Under the pieces are notes generated by a model. It was not told the DNA's origin. It searched no databases and saw only the letters and a program-made list of their open reading frames with translations. Shown here piece by piece: positions 13,248-27,859 of a stretch of DNA of 64,000 nucleotides. Positions within the stretch are counted from its first letter, which is position 1; each line of letters starts with the position of its first letter. The translations under genes were made by a program, and so were the position numbers. Where the stretch lies: NCBI RefSeq assembly GCF_009914755.1, contig NC_060926.1; one strand, written 5' to 3'. This DNA is from the human T2T-CHM13v2.0 reference genome, Homo sapiens.

Positions 13248-15544
13248 GAGTTGAGGGACTCTGGGATCAGAAGGCACTTTCCAGCACATTCACACCATTG
13301 GCCGTGGATGTTGTGGGTCAGGTGATGGGCACTGGAAGGGCCTTCCGCTTCTCTCTGCCCCTGGCCCTTGGTCATGTACAGCAGGCCGCTCCCTGGGCAG
13401 TGGAGAAGCAGCACCTGCATACTAAGGCTCGAGTCCCAGCCTCCCCTACCAGCCTCCCTCTCCACGTCCCCAGACACTCATGCGTTCCTTCCCTTGAGGT
13501 GGGTTCATGGAGCACGTACCCTGTGTCAGACAAGCTTCCAGGCTCTGGGCTTCTGATGGAGAACAGACCAGAGTAAACCTGGCCCCAAGGACCTTGAGCT
13601 CCACTCAAGGGGAGACAGACAGTGAACTCAACAAAACAGAAATGAGAGAAAGGATCAAGCTGGAAAGGGGATAAAGAATGAGTGTCGGTTTTGGATAGAG
13701 TGCTTGGGGAAGGCCTTCCTGAGATGAGACCTGACCAAAGGCCTGCAGGAGGCCAGGGACGGGCGTGCTTCTAGCTAAGGAGCAGCTGGTGCAAAGGGCC
13801 TGTGGCAGACGTGCACCCGTGGCAAGGAGGGGGCGAGCAGGCGGCTCAGCCAGGTCGGAGTGGGTCACACCTGAGGGGCAGGACGCTGGCAACCCCGACC
13901 GCTGAGGAAGACAGGTGCGAGCAGCATCTCGGCACAGCCAGACCCCCACCATACGGCAGCCCTCTGTGTCCCTTAAATAAGGATGCCTCCTCCCAGGCTT
14001 AAGAGATCATTGTTGCTCATAGTGATTTGTGTAGCCAACAATTCTTCTGGAAGAAGTTAGATGAACAGGGCCATGGAGATTTGGGGCCGGAAGAGCAGGA
14101 CCCCAGGCTTGCCTCCCCTCTAGTGCTGGCCAGGCCGTGGATCCCAGGCGGGCATCTCAGAGAGCCATCTGAGCGGCCTTTCTGGAAGTGCCCTCCTAGG
14201 CAGACGCTGGTCATGAGGCAGGGCAGCGGGGAAGGGACAATCCTCCTGTGTTGTACATTGAGGGTTATATTTAGGGTGACTTGGGATGACTTGGCAGTAT
14301 CACTTCCTGTGGTCGTCCCCTCCAGCCCTCAGCCACGGAGGGCAGATCCTGTCTGACAAGCATTGTGGGCAGACACGTGCCTGCACACACGTACACACCC
14401 ACATGCACACATACACACACGCACACACATACACACATTGTGGGCAGGCACAACTTGGCATTCTCATCTGCCCTGGAATTGGTGGAGGGCTGGGGACATT
14501 GTCCTGGCCCTTCTGCAGGACCGCCAGGTGCCTGGCGGGGGAATCCTAGCCGTCAGCATCTCCGGAGCATCTGCTCCATGTCGGGCTCTGTGTGAAGGGC
14601 TGCATCCAGATCCCACATGAGCAAGACCGGCCTAGCCTCCCCATCTGGTTGGGAGATGCCAGGCAGAGGTGGAAGGAAGGGCGGCTGACCTGCCCCTTAG
14701 TCTGCTCAGCCACACAGGCAGCCACAGCCGAGGCTGCACAAGGACACTCCCCTGACCTTGCTGCCTGCTGGCCCCGGGTCTCCAGGCCAGGTCCGAGCCA
14801 GCCAGGCTCCTCCCCACCCATGTCACCGGCCTCTCTAGGTGGAGTCCACAGTGATCTTTGCTCCCCTTCCCCAGGCATCCAGCACCGCCCCAGGCACAGG
14901 GCCTGGTATTTCTGGGACAGCCCAGATTACACGTTTTCTCTCAGTTACCCCCTAGAATATTCTTGGACTTCTCAGACCCCATGTGCAAATTTTTAGCTTA
15001 GAAGTAATCACTGGGATCATAGACGATGTTTAGCAAATATCTGTTCTTTTGGGTGTTCCTAGGCCCCCAGAGGGTCTCCGGGAAACTGGCTCTTTTGCTG
15101 AGGCTAGAGACTATCTGGGCTAGAATGTGTCTGATGGGGCTCTCGGAGGGTGCACAGACAGTGCCGCGGTGGCCGAAGATCCACTATTCCAAGGCCGGAT
15201 CTGCAGAGGATTTGGAAGTTGTCTGGAAGGAGCGCCTAGATCACCCGGACCTTCTCTCTCCCTCCTTGACTTCCTTCCTGCCTCTCGTCAAACAATTACT
15301 GTGTGCTTCCTGTGTTCTAGGCGCTGTGCTAATAATTGGTTATGGGATTATTCCTAGCCACACCCTGGGTAAATGGAACCCAGCTCTCTGTCCTTGGGAA
15401 AAGGGTCAGGAGAGAACTGGGGCCCAGCTGGGAAGCTGGAGGCTTGAGGCTGCTGGTCCATGTTGGAATGCTGTCTCCCTCTGCCATCCAGCACCCAAGC
15501 CCGGCGCCAGGCTCAGAGCAGGAACTGAAGCTTTTGCTGTTGTT

Positions 15545-15839
15545 GTTGTTTTTGTTTTTTGAGACAGTCTCGCTGTGTCTCCCAGGCTGGAGTGCAGTGG
15601 TGTGATCTCGGCTCACTGCAAGCTCCGCCTCCTGGGTTCAAGCGATTCTCTGCCTCAGCCTCCTGAGTAGCTGGGATTACAGGCGCGCACCACCACGCCC
15701 GGCTAATTTTTGTATTTTGAGTAGAGACGGGGTTTCACCATCTTGGCCAGGCTGGTCTTGAACTCCTGACCTCAGGTAATCTGCCCGCCTCGGCCTCCCA
15801 AAGTGCTGGGATTGCAGGCATGAGTCACCGCACCCGGCC
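15545..15839 (-). mobile_element. Alu (AluS-like)
   Basis: Antisense Alu consensus. Confidence 0.93.
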
Positions 15840-17091
15840 AGGAACTGAACCTTGGTAGGAGAAGGAAAGAAGGAGTTCCTGTCTTGCTTTCCCGACCAGA
15901 CTGGAAGCGCTCTGAGGGCGTTTTACACTTCGGTGTCTTCCCAGCACTTAGCATTGTGGCCTGCATGTAAGGGGTGTTCCGTGACTGCGTGTTGATTACA
16001 CTTTGTGTGTATGGGTGGGTGCGTTGCCACAACTCTCCCTGCAGAATCTGTGGCCTCTGGTGCTGTGATTTAAAGACTAAAGATGGCAAAGAGTGGCTTT
16101 TATGAGCTGCCCCACTCCTGATTATAAACACACTCTCTATGAGTCAGAGGCCTGGGTGATCATGGATAAGTCACTTGCCAACAGTTAACTCCAGACTGTA
16201 GCTGCTGGGGCCACCGAGGGCGGCTGGAACATCACCATTCTGTGCCTAGCGTTTCAGCCGGGCTGAGGCCATTTTATTAATAATGATTTATTGTTTTTAT
16301 TGCTTCCCAGAGATATTAAACATGAATCAAATAATGCATGTGATGATTCACTGGAGGTTCCCTTCCAAATTTAAAAAAGAATTAAAGAAAAAGTTTTTGA
16401 CGGGTGTGCTGGTGTGGACACCAGGCAGGCACCTGAGAGCCCTCCCACCTTGAGCTCAGCCGTGGGCAGCACAGCACAGGGTGGACCTTGCCCTGCAGAC
16501 AGAGCCATGCAGCCTGCGCAAAACCCCAGGGAGGACGCGCGTCTCACAAACACCTCTTCAGTCTAACATTTACAATGGTATTTCTTACAAATGGTTTCCA
16601 CCCGAGATATATTACAATGTGGCCAAACCCCATTCATTTGGGACACATAAATTCAAAATTTGGAAATAGTTCCTTTGGGGCTCATGAACTGATCAAGTTT
16701 AGTCATTTCTCAAGCAGGGACCTGGCAGAAATGTTGCTTTTTACCATCTACTAAGACAAGAGCTAGGCAGCTGGTTCTGCTGAACAAGGTCCCGGGGAGA
16801 GGGACACCAGTCCTGGCTCAGTGAGCAGCTCCTCAGGTGCTTTGGAAGCCTCCTCTGGGGATAGACTCAAAGAAGTTTTCTATTTATTTATTTATTTTTC
16901 TTTATTTTTAAATGTTTTTCTCAAGGATGTTTTTTAGAGCTAGCTCATACCTCAGGGGCCACACTGTCCAAACACATATTGACCCTGATGAGGAAAGTGA
17001 GAGCCGTCAGGGTGTGTGACATAGCCACTGTCACCCAGGCCTCCAGCTCCATTCTGCAGTTGAAAATGATGCCCTCATAACAAAGAGTTCT

Positions 17092-17396
17092 TGTGTGTGT
17101 GTGTGTGTGTGTGTGTGTGACGGAGTCTTGCTCTGTCACCCAGGCTGGAGTGCAGTAGTGTGATCTTGTCTCGCTGCAACCTCCGCCTCCCAGGTTCAAA
17201 TGAGTCTCCTGCCTCAGCCTCCTGAGTAGCTGGATTACAGGTGCCTGCCATCATGCCTGGCTAATTTTTGTATTTTTAGTAGTGATGGGGTTTTACCATG
17301 TTGGCCAGGCTGGTCTTGAACTCCTGACTTCAGGTGATCCGCCCACCTCACCCTCCCAAAGTGCTGGGATTACAGGTGTGAGCCACCGAGTCCGGC
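17092..17396 (-). mobile_element. Alu (AluS-like) with (TG)n in place of the poly-A tail; TSD ACAAAGAGTTCTT
   Basis: acaaagagttctt at ~17080 and ~17399 flanks the element. Confidence 0.9.
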
Positions 17397-20300
17397 CAAC
17401 AAAGAGTTCTTATCCGTTCATTACAAACGCCCACTCTTTCCAGTCCTTACCTGATCAAGAATTCAGAGGCAATTTTTCAGGTATTTTTTTGACTCTGACT
17501 TTACAAATTTGAACTACCATTCAAGTAATTGGTCTGAATTCCTAAGTTTCGATGGTATTTTTCTCTTCCTTCTTCTGGCTGCCGCTCCTCCCCATACCCT
17601 GCATTTGTTAATGTACCCATTTGTTCCATATTCTGTTTGTTCTTTATTGCTCTATACACTGCTCCATAATGTTCTCTATCATTTGTCCATTCATTACCCA
17701 TGAAGGTACATGCAGAGGTCACCAGCCCAGAGGTTTGTAGCAGGGACAAGTTACTTGCTGGTGGTGGTCTCCCCAAAAGTTTGGGCCTGCGAGTCATTGA
17801 CACCTACACACTTTGAAAACACCCCAGGATGAAGTCTGGGACTGGAAGGAGCTCCCACCTTAGCCAGACTCTGGCCTCCTCCCCAGCTGTGTCCCCGCCA
17901 GCCCTTCTCCAGCCATGCCCTTTTGCCTCCCAGCACACTGTGGATTCCTCCTGGAATGCCCCTCACCCCGTCTTTGCTGGGTGAGTGTTTTCCCAGCCCC
18001 GCTGAGCTCAGGTATCAGCCCCAGCGCTCTGGGTAAGTCTGGGACCATCTCCTACATTGTCTGCAAAATCCTGCAGAAAGCCTGGCCTGTGCTGGTCAGC
18101 AGGATGCTGCGTTTCCTTTTAAACAGACCCAAAGCAGTCAGCAGCCACAGACTCCCCAGAGACGGAGATGAGAGGAGGGACCTCATGCCCTGAGGCAGCC
18201 CCAGCCTCACTCCCATGCCCTGCAGGCGCTGAGCAGCCCCCAGATCCCGGGCTCCTTTGCTGCCCCAGGGTCGGGCAGTTCTTGCATCTTGGACCGAGTG
18301 GGCTCTGCCCTGCTGTGGCATGACTGGGCTTCTTCTGTCCTTTTTCTTTATTTTCTCTTTGAAGAACAGGAGTTGGAATTTCACTCACCCTGCCCCAGCT
18401 GGATGTGTCTAGGCCACCGTGGTCCCAGGCTCTCTGCCCAGCTGGGCCTCAGGACCAGGTTTTAATGCCGCTGCTCGGGTGTGCCGAGCGAGAAGGGCTC
18501 GCCAGGCAGTGCAGAGATTCCACCGAGCCCAGGCCGCAGCCCCCACCTCCCGCCGGGCTGTGCTCAGTGTCAGGAATCGGCTCCCAAGATGGCCGCCTTT
18601 CTTGTAAAGCTGTGCCAATACCCCAGGCATCTGACTGGTGCTTTCCAGCTGGCACTCCTTTTACAGATTCCATTTCCCTTTATCCTCACAACTGCTCAGT
18701 AGAACCTGCAGGCAGGGACCCTTATTCCCATTTTACAGTCAAGGAAAATAAGGCCCAGAGAAGTTGAGACAGCCAGGACCATATGGCTGGAGACGGGGCA
18801 GGCTGGGCAGAGCCCCCAGCAGGGCCCCTGGGTCTGCGGGCTGCTCCCAGCAGCACCCCTCATATATACACCCTCATCCTGACTGCAGGCCCCTGAAGCT
18901 GGCATTCTGGTTCAATTTTACAGAGGAGCAAACAGGCTGGGTCTGGAGCGTTGACACTGGCAACTCTAGCCCAGCCTTGCCTGACTCCAGGGCATGGCTC
19001 CAAGACCCTGGAAGAGCTGCCTGTCCCTCCATGGCCCCTCCAGGGCGTGCTGGGTGCTGGCAGGGCAGGCTGAGGCACTCGACAGCAGAGTTGGCCCCGT
19101 AGTCTCAGTTTTGCTCCCGCTAGGGTGAAACACGGTTCCCTGGGGAAGGGCTGTTGCTCACCTCTTGGCCTGGAACATCAGGGTGGAATTTGCAGACGGA
19201 ATTCTGCCATCTGACGCGTAGATCTTCCCCCCAGGCATGGGTCAGTGCTTGAGTCATTCTGCAGCTGGCACAAAGAGCCAGGAAGAATGCGCTCCAAGAT
19301 GCCTGGGAGCTGGCATGCCAAATCACCAGGCGTCATCAGCACAGCCAAGCCAGGGTGGGGGCCTCGGGCAGGAGCAGCGCCCTGCCAGCTCTGGCTGACT
19401 GCACGAGGGGCCACATCTAGAGGGACTGATGAAGGGGCGTCTAAAGCCTCAGTATCTCCAGCCTGCTGTGCCCTCTTACATTTTCTCCCAAAGAGCAGTC
19501 AGCTTGCAGTATGCGCCAAGTCCCCGCAAATGGGACGTTGGGTGATTCACATGGTTGTTTCAGCTTTTGAGTTTTTGTTGTGTGATTGAATAGTAATAGA
19601 ATTATTCTTGGTGTTCTATGGAGCATTACCGGGTAGTGGGGAGGTGGGCACACTGAGCCTCTACTGTTTCTCCCCTTCACCCCTCCTTGCTGTCATCAAC
19701 ATGCGTTCTCCTACAGTCATGCTCCGCGCTAATTCCTTTAGTCATTCCTTCCAGCATTACTGAAACTGGAAGAGTCTTTTGTGGCATGTGGGGATTCCTC
19801 GTCGTGCAGGGCTTGAGTGCCACAGGACCCAGTGCTCGCTGTCCCCATGCCCTGGCACACACTGTTCCCTTTGTCCCAGCTGGAGAACTCCTGGAACCTT
19901 TAAGCCCTGGCTCAGCCCTCAGCTCTGTCCCATCCCAGCTGACCTCTGTGCTCTGCGCCCGAGCTCCTGAGCCCACGTAAGTCTCTTCATGCCCATCACT
20001 GCTGTTTCATGGGCGTGTGTGGGGGGTCACTTCAAGGAGCCCCAGGAAGGGTCTGTGTCTTGTCCATCCACGTGTGACTACACCCAGCATGGAACAGGAC
20101 TCGGGAACCACTGAGGTGTGGGTGAAGGAACCAGTCCAGAGACTCCACTCTCACTTCAGCCTGATGTTTCTGGGGTCTGTCACTGAAAACCCCAACTTCG
20201 CCTTCAAAGCGAGATCCTGGGTGGGGGCAGAGGAAGTCCCAGGCTCTGTGGCCAGGACTCCACACCCAGATTTCCACCGGGCTCGCTCTAGCCTGGCCCT

Positions 20301-22500
20301 GGCACGGGTGCTGCGTGGCTCTGCTCCCCGCCTGGCATCCGGCACCCTTCACCTCTGTAGAAACACGGAACTGTCACAGGGACAGACGTACATGGGTCGG
20401 GGGTTGCTTTCAGAAAGTCTATGGTCTCATTTTGGTCCTGCCTTTGAGCTTCCTTTTCCTGCTGGGTTAGGGTTCCGGACGGAAGGGGAGCATTCTCTTG
20501 GGCGTTTCCCTTTTCCTGTCTCCCTGTTCTCTCCCCAGAGGCTCATGTATGTCCGTTTCACTCACCTCCCTTTCTCTGCTTGGGAGGCAGCTCAAAGAGC
20601 TCCTCTCCAAAGACTCAAGCTGGAGTGATGTTCACTCTATGATGACGCCGCACTGGTCCAGGGAATGATCTCACTGGAGAGTAGCAGGAAGTCCCCCATC
20701 CTGTCCCCCACCCCACTGGCTGAGGACCATATAGCTGGGATGTGTTCACCTGGGAAGGAGATTGGCACCAGTTTGATAAATGGACACCCCCAAGTCTGGC
20801 ATGGCCCCAAAACTCTACTCTGCTGCAGCTGTTTCCATGCCAGAAAACAGAGATTTCCAGAATACCGAGTCTGAATGTGCCTTCTTGGAGCAGCTTCAAA
20901 TCTGAGCAGGAGAGCACTTGACCATCCTAACCCCTGACCTTCCTCCAGCAATTCCTAAAACTGGAAGAGTCACAGAATGTTAGAATAAGAGGGATCCTAG
21001 AAAAAGAACCACTCACTCATTGCTTTGTTCATTTGCTCAGGCACTGTGCTAGGCGCTTGGAATACACAACCATTCATTCAAACATATTTATTGACTGAAT
21101 TGTGTGCCAGGCCCTGTTTTGGGCCCTGTGGGGGTACAGTGGTGAACAAAAGGAGGCAGACAGTCAAGAGATTTTGTAAATATAGTGCCAGGTGGCAGGA
21201 AATGCTGAGAAAGGGGTCAGGGTGAGGGACCAGAGGGTGAGGGTGGATGCTCTTTGAGGTGGGTCCTTGGAGGAGGTTTCCCCACGACTGTTGAGCAAGA
21301 ACATGAACTTGGAGGGAGTGAGCCTTGCAGACACTGAGGGGAAGGAAGAGCAGACAGGTGGAGGGAACTGCAGGTGCGAAGGCCCTGAGGCTGGAACACG
21401 CTGAGCAGCTTCTCTGACTGGGACAAATGAAGGATTCTCCTTCCCCCAGGAGCTCCCAGTCTAATGAAGGAAAAAGACAAAGAAGTGACGCGTTCAAAGC
21501 TGAGTTCATACTAGAAAAACGCTGTTAGAATTCAAAGGGAAGAGCAGTTGTAGGGGCTGGGAAAGGCAAGCCTGAGGAGTGACCTTTGCATTGGGCTTTG
21601 GTGGATGAGTAGGGGTTGGCAGGGTGGCTGAGGCGAGCGTGCCACACGGGTGAACTCATATCTGCAGAGGCACAAGGTGTGCAGGGACAGCCACCCACAC
21701 ATTCCTCTTCCTGTCGCAGTAGCAGCTTCTGCAAGAGAAAGTACAGCTCTTGGGGATTTCCCTTTTCCTTTCTCCACCTCTTCCTTCTCACCAGCTTCAT
21801 TTAGGGCATTTCAGCCTTGAGAGGGTGGAAAAGAAGGAGAGATTGGTAGAGGAAGGGGATTTCTGTGCCCTGCTGGGTCTCTCTCTCTTCTCATATGTTA
21901 TGTTTTTCTTGTAAGGTTTTGGGGAGTTGTGGGGAGTTTAAGAGGCTGGGGATGGGTAAGAAGTCAAGAAGGTTTCGGTTGGATTTCTCAACAACAGGTC
22001 ATTGGCCTGGAGCCCCTCCAGTGGGTAAAATGCCGTGATGCAACAGCTTTCAGGAAGGCCTCCAGAAATGAGCTCTAGGTCAGTGGGTTGGGTTTAGGTG
22101 CAGGCACGCCCTGGAACTGTCACTCTAGAGGTGTTACTAACCTCCTCTTTCCCCGGATCTGACTCAGCAGGGTTGGCTGTTCCAGCTCCAAAGAGAAGGA
22201 GGAACCTTTTCCTTCTGCAGCCCCTCCCCACCAGCCTCATTCCTTAGCTGGGGTCAGACCTGGGGTCCTCACTGCAGCTGGCCTCTGGCAGCGTTCTCAG
22301 GCTAGCCCCCCCTGCTGAAAAGAGAACCGTGTGGGACTCACAGGTAATTATGAAATACAAACGCCATGATCTTTCACTCAAGGGCACTAAGGAGTGAATA
22401 AATAAAGGATACCACAGGGTGCTAATGAGCTTGAAGAGTCCCTGTTTGGTAGCCCCAGATCCAGGGTCTCTGGTATCACCCACTGAATGCTACTTTTACC

Positions 22501-22827
22501 CAGCACTGCCCACGGGAAATAAAGTGGGAGACACATACCTATGTGATTGTAACTTTTTCTATAGCCGCATTGAAAAGTAAAAAAGATGAAATTTAAAACT
22601 TGTTTGATTTAAACCGTTAGATCCCAAATGGTATCATTTACCATTTCACATGTAATCAAGAAAGAGAAAGTATTAATGAGATATTTTATGTTGTTTTTTT
22701 TCATATGAAGTCGTCAAAATCCGGCGTGTATTTTACACTAAGGGCACATATATGAGTTCAGACTGGCGACGGTTTATGTGCTCAGTAGCCACGTGTGGCT
22801 GGTTGTGACCATAGTGGACAAAGCAGC
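22501..22827 (+). mobile_element. MER33 (hAT-Charlie DNA transposon)
   Basis: aatgagatatttta...gtgtattttacact...gtgctcagtagccacgtgtggctggttg...ggacaaagcag resembles MER33. Confidence 0.75.
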
Positions 22828-23328
22828 CCTAGCTTATAGATGGAGACACGGAGGCACCTGAGAGGGGCGGGGTCTCAGCTCAGGCCCTGGGAGCCTGTTC
22901 AACAGCTCCCTCTAGCGTCGGCCCAGCCACACTTCAGCCTGGATGGTCCCAGATGCATCGGCTCCTCCCTGCACCTGGGTCCTGGCAGCCGGCACAGCCT
23001 CCCCGCAATCACCCAGGGGCAAAACGGGCCCCTCCTTGGAGAACTACCGGGAAGCTAAGGCTGCAGGCAGCTTGACTGTCACTTGCTTATTTGGAGGAAA
23101 GAAGGACACAGGCCCGAGTTGTTTTGAAAAATGCAATCAGCCCTAGGAGAGGGGCTTAGCTGCAGGGGCCGTGTGGGTCCAGCGGTCACCGGGAGAAAGA
23201 ACTGGGTTGGGTGCTGGATAAGAAAGAGCACAAACCTGTTTGTCTTCCACCGGCCCCTTCTGCCTTCCACCTTCCTGTTCCACCCCAGGAAGAACAAGCT
23301 CTCATCTCAAATGGCCTGAGCCCTCTGA

Positions 23329-23688
<360 letters not shown>

Positions 23689-26600
23689 AGCCTGGGTCTC
23701 TCATAAGCATTTGGTGTTTCCCACCTCTCTGGTCGCCTTCCCTCAAAGCATCTCAGAGTCTGGTTGGCCTGGCAAGCTTCGGGGATCTGACTGATGAAAG
23801 CATTTTGGAGCAATGGGATGAGATGCCAACCAATGCCGTCAGCCGGCACTGAGGTGGGATTAACAGGACAATCAAGCCCTCGGTTCCCAGGAGCCTCACT
23901 GAGCAGCTGCTAGAACTGTGCCACTAAACAGGCTTTAATTTACAGGCAATACCGACTCTGGGTTAACTATTTCTCACAGGGCTCCCCAGTTGCATGTTTA
24001 CATTTCTTTCCTTGTTCCTCTTTTTCTTCTTCTTCTTTTTTTTTTTTTTTTTTTTTTTTTTACAATTCAGCAGATTAAGAACAATAGCAGGGTAACTGAG
24101 AACCACAGAGGTGGCTGTAAGTGACTCATTAACTCCCTCTCCCATGTTTCCATCACCGTGAATTACAACGTCATCTCTGATGCCCTCAGACAGCTGTTAC
24201 TAGTTTGATCCGAGCCTTGCTTGAATATGAATCTTTTTAAGCCGAGCAGGAGATGGTTCTGCTCTCAAATAGACTGCCCTCCCCTGGGCCTCCCATTTCT
24301 TACCCCACCATCCTCCTTGGAGATGAAAGACTTCCTGAGAAATGAAGGCTGGGTTTGCCTAATTACTGGAGCAAGGTGGCTGTTTCTGCTGGGAAACGTG
24401 AGTGGTGGCTTTCTGTCTCTGCAGAAAGGCTTGCTTTTGCTCGGTCGTCTTACTAGACAGCCAAGCACCAATAAGGTTGGCTCCTTTGCTTAATGAATGA
24501 CAGAGGGGTCACAGCAGCATGCAGCATTCCCCCCGCCCCCCGTTTCTTGTGAGGCAGCCTGCGTCGGGCCCGACAGCCTCCAGGAGAGAGCTAAAATGAG
24601 GTCCTTCAGATTACATATTTCATCTGGGCCCTTGTTAATAAGCAAATGCTGGCTGTCCCAGTGAGTGACTGGGAGTGTGTGTGTGGCCGTCACCTTCATT
24701 TGGCATTCATGGGCTCCATTTACCAGTTTCATAAAAGTTCCAGTGGGGAGGCCATCTTGCAAAGCTGTCCTGGCGAGCACAAGCAGAGTGCTGGACACCA
24801 GCCAGGAGCACCCTGGGTGGCCTCCACAGCTGCTTATGGTCTTGGCATGGAAAGGGCCCAGGGGAGGTTACAGGACAATGGGAAGGAGGTGGGCTCTCCA
24901 CTCAGACCTCCTGGGTCCACAGCCCACCACCCCACCGAAGCCTCGGTCCCTTGTCCCTAAGGTGGAGCTGACATTGCCTCCTCTCGGCCTAGCCAGGAGT
25001 GACCCCACTTTCCCAGCTCCTAGAATCTTCACTGTGTCCTCCCCTGGATGTGGCCTACAGGGACTGGGCCTCCTGCAGCCTTTGAAATCCTCCTTGTCAT
25101 TCAGTTGTGATTCCAAATGCCGTTGTCCTAGGCAAGCCGCCGAGTGCCCCGGGAATGAGCGACTCCCCTGGACCCCACTTTATTCACTTTTTATGCCCCT
25201 TCCTGGGCGTGCCTACACCATAACTCAAGCCCCCCAGGGAGCTGGTGACTGGGGACCGGCATCCCAGTGCTCAGCCTGGGATTCGGCACTCAGAGGGCCC
25301 GACAGCCTGGAATACACTGAGCACCCCGCTGGCACCAGGCCCCAAGGACAGGCTGATGTTTCCACTTCCCTGGAGAAAGATCCTCCAGTCCCCTGCTCGG
25401 AGGCTGATCCCGGCTGGCTGCCCGCTTGCTCAGGGCAAGGAGGTAGGCTGGAGAGGGCAGACTTCCCTCAACTCACCCATCTTCTGTGGGTTCCTCACCA
25501 GCCTTCCTCTGGGCCTGTTGTTCTCCTGTCCAGTGTCTTTCCAGAGAAGATTCCTCCCCCAAGCTTTGGAGATGGGGCTGGGGTGGGGGTGGTTACCTGA
25601 CCGCTGAGTCGCAGTACAGGGTTCCATGTTGGTCAGGGGTGGCTAATTGCTGTAAGAAGCAAGTGCCAACCTTTGCTTGGCCCAGTGAAGTGGTGTTTCC
25701 TGATGTGTTGCAGTGGGATGTCACCGCAGGAGACGAAGGCTCTATTCCACGCAGTCACGCAAGGACTTAAGTTTCTTCTTTTTAGAAGGTCTTTCGTCTC
25801 ACAGCCTTTCTCAGCCGGGGTTCCAGGAGGGAATCAAGGACTCACAGCAAAGGCATCATGGTGTGCAGGGAACGACTTTCCTCCTGCATACCTGGAATGA
25901 AACCAGTTACACACCATCCTTAGGTACATGACTGGTTGGGGAAATGGGCACACCAGTCATTGACTGCAGGCTGTGGTTCAGATGAGAAAGCCTGGTTGAG
26001 AAATGCTTTAGGGTCTATGCCCTCTGGGGCCTCCAAGTCCTCCCCTGGATAGTCTGCTTCCAGGTGCCCAGCAAGAAAGGGCAGGAAAGGGCGTGTGCAG
26101 CAAGGGCTGCCCTGACAGTTATGGAGGCTCAGGCCAGAAGTGTGGTCATCACTCTGGCCACATCCCATTGGCCAGAGTGTAGTCACATGGTACCACCTAG
26201 CTGCAAGGGAGGCTGGGAAATGTAGTCCGGCTGTGTGCCCTGGAAGAAAAGGCAATAGAGTAAGAAGAGCACATGGTCTCGGCACAGGCTCTATTCTTGC
26301 ACATTCCTTCAGACTCTGCCTCCCACACCTCCTGAGGCTCTGGGGATACCCTATCCCTGAGCCTTCTGGAATTTTGGGGCCCCAGTTGCCCTGTTTCTCC
26401 TCCCTGGCCCCCCTCCCTGTTCAGCTGTTTGCCATCTCCCTGCCCACTTCCCACTGATATGTGTTGGGGCTTGTGGATGTGATCAAGGTCATAGGCACAG
26501 TCTTTCTTTTCTTTTTCTTGTTCTCCTTGTTGGGGTGGGGATTTTTTCAAAAGGAAGCGGCAAAGGTATTGTACTATTTTTGGGTCCCTACACTCTTCTG

Positions 26601-27859
26601 CCTCCACATTCTTCTGTTGTGTTTATGCTGCTAGACCTGGAACCTTAGGATGAGCAGGTCTTGGCATCAGACTTTGTTTGCATCAGCAGAATCCTTTCTT
26701 TGAAAGAGAACAGATGCAGAAACAGATCAGAGGGTTGCTGCTCTGGTCTGTGCTGGGCCTGGAGGCCCAGAGTCCTTCCTCCTCCCCTGCCCATCCTGTG
26801 GACCCCCAAAGCCTTAGGAAGGTCCCTGGGGCTCCTGGGACACAGCTCAGAGGCTCCTGGCTGCTGTCACTCCTCTCTGTGAGGCTTGAATTCTCTCCCT
26901 TGCATTCCGAAAGTGGGTCACACTGGAATACCAGCTTTGTCCAAACCTCCCTGCCTCTGGAGTTAGCCAAACCTTAAAGCAGGTTCTTGTGCATGTGTGT
27001 ATACACAGCAACTGCAACCACAGCAAGAGTGTCCATTCACCCAACACAGACACCCACCTTGTGCCAGGCCCAGCTGGGTCACCTGGGAGAGGGTGAAGGG
27101 TAGGAAGCCCTTCCAGAGGAGGTGCTGAGTGAGGCAGGAGGCCGCAGGCGCACACGTCTGCCCTCTGGCACACGCAGGAAGGTGCTGGGAATGCAGGGAG
27201 CTTCTCCCCAGCAGACCATGATGCACTCCGCCTGTTACCTTCTAGCGGTGTGCTCACTGGGTTTGGCACTGCCCCTAATCTGGTACCTCCCTTTCTATAC
27301 GCATCTGTGATTTCAGGCAGATAAGTGTTATGAGTTTGGCATTCCAATGGGGTCGGTAAGAACATAAATCACTGATCCATCCTGGGATAAATTTCTCCCT
27401 TCATTCTGAGAGGTGATTTGGTTTTCACTGAGGTGAGTGGATTCTTAAGGCAGTGATCCTCAACTCCCAGGGCCTAGAACTTCACAGAAGGTGGCTCATT
27501 TTGATAATGAAAAATGCAGGGGTGCAAATCAGGCAGAAAGGGCCTGCCACTAGCCAACAATGTGTCCATCACCATGTCGCCCTTGCCTGGGCCAGCCTCC
27601 CCTCTGCTGCCCATGCAAGGCCTGGGGAGGAGGCCAGACCGCCTGGGTCCAAGCCCTGGCTTTGCCTCTCAGAGGTTCCGGGGCTCTCCCAGGGTTGGTT
27701 TACTTGTGGTGAAGCGTGACTAATAGGTAAAGTATCTGACAAAATGGGCCCCACAGGCCATGGTTGCTGCTTCTGGCTGTCCCTGCTGAGAGCAGGTGTA
27801 ACGTACCTGGCATCACTCCTGCCCCAGAGACACCGATAACACATGTTTGTCAGCTGTAG

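Noticed and set aside
11541-13576. 594-aa poly-His, 622-aa extensin-like SPPPP and 507-aa poly-Val ORFs
   Set aside because: By-products of a stop-free triplet repeat inside an intron. The two + ORFs start at GTG, no exon structure is evident, and the resemblance to plant extensins is only compositional.
24665-25600. 311-aa ORF (and 232-aa ORF at 9055-9753)
   Set aside because: Non-ATG starts, intronic, no recognisable homology; expected by chance in GC-rich sequence.
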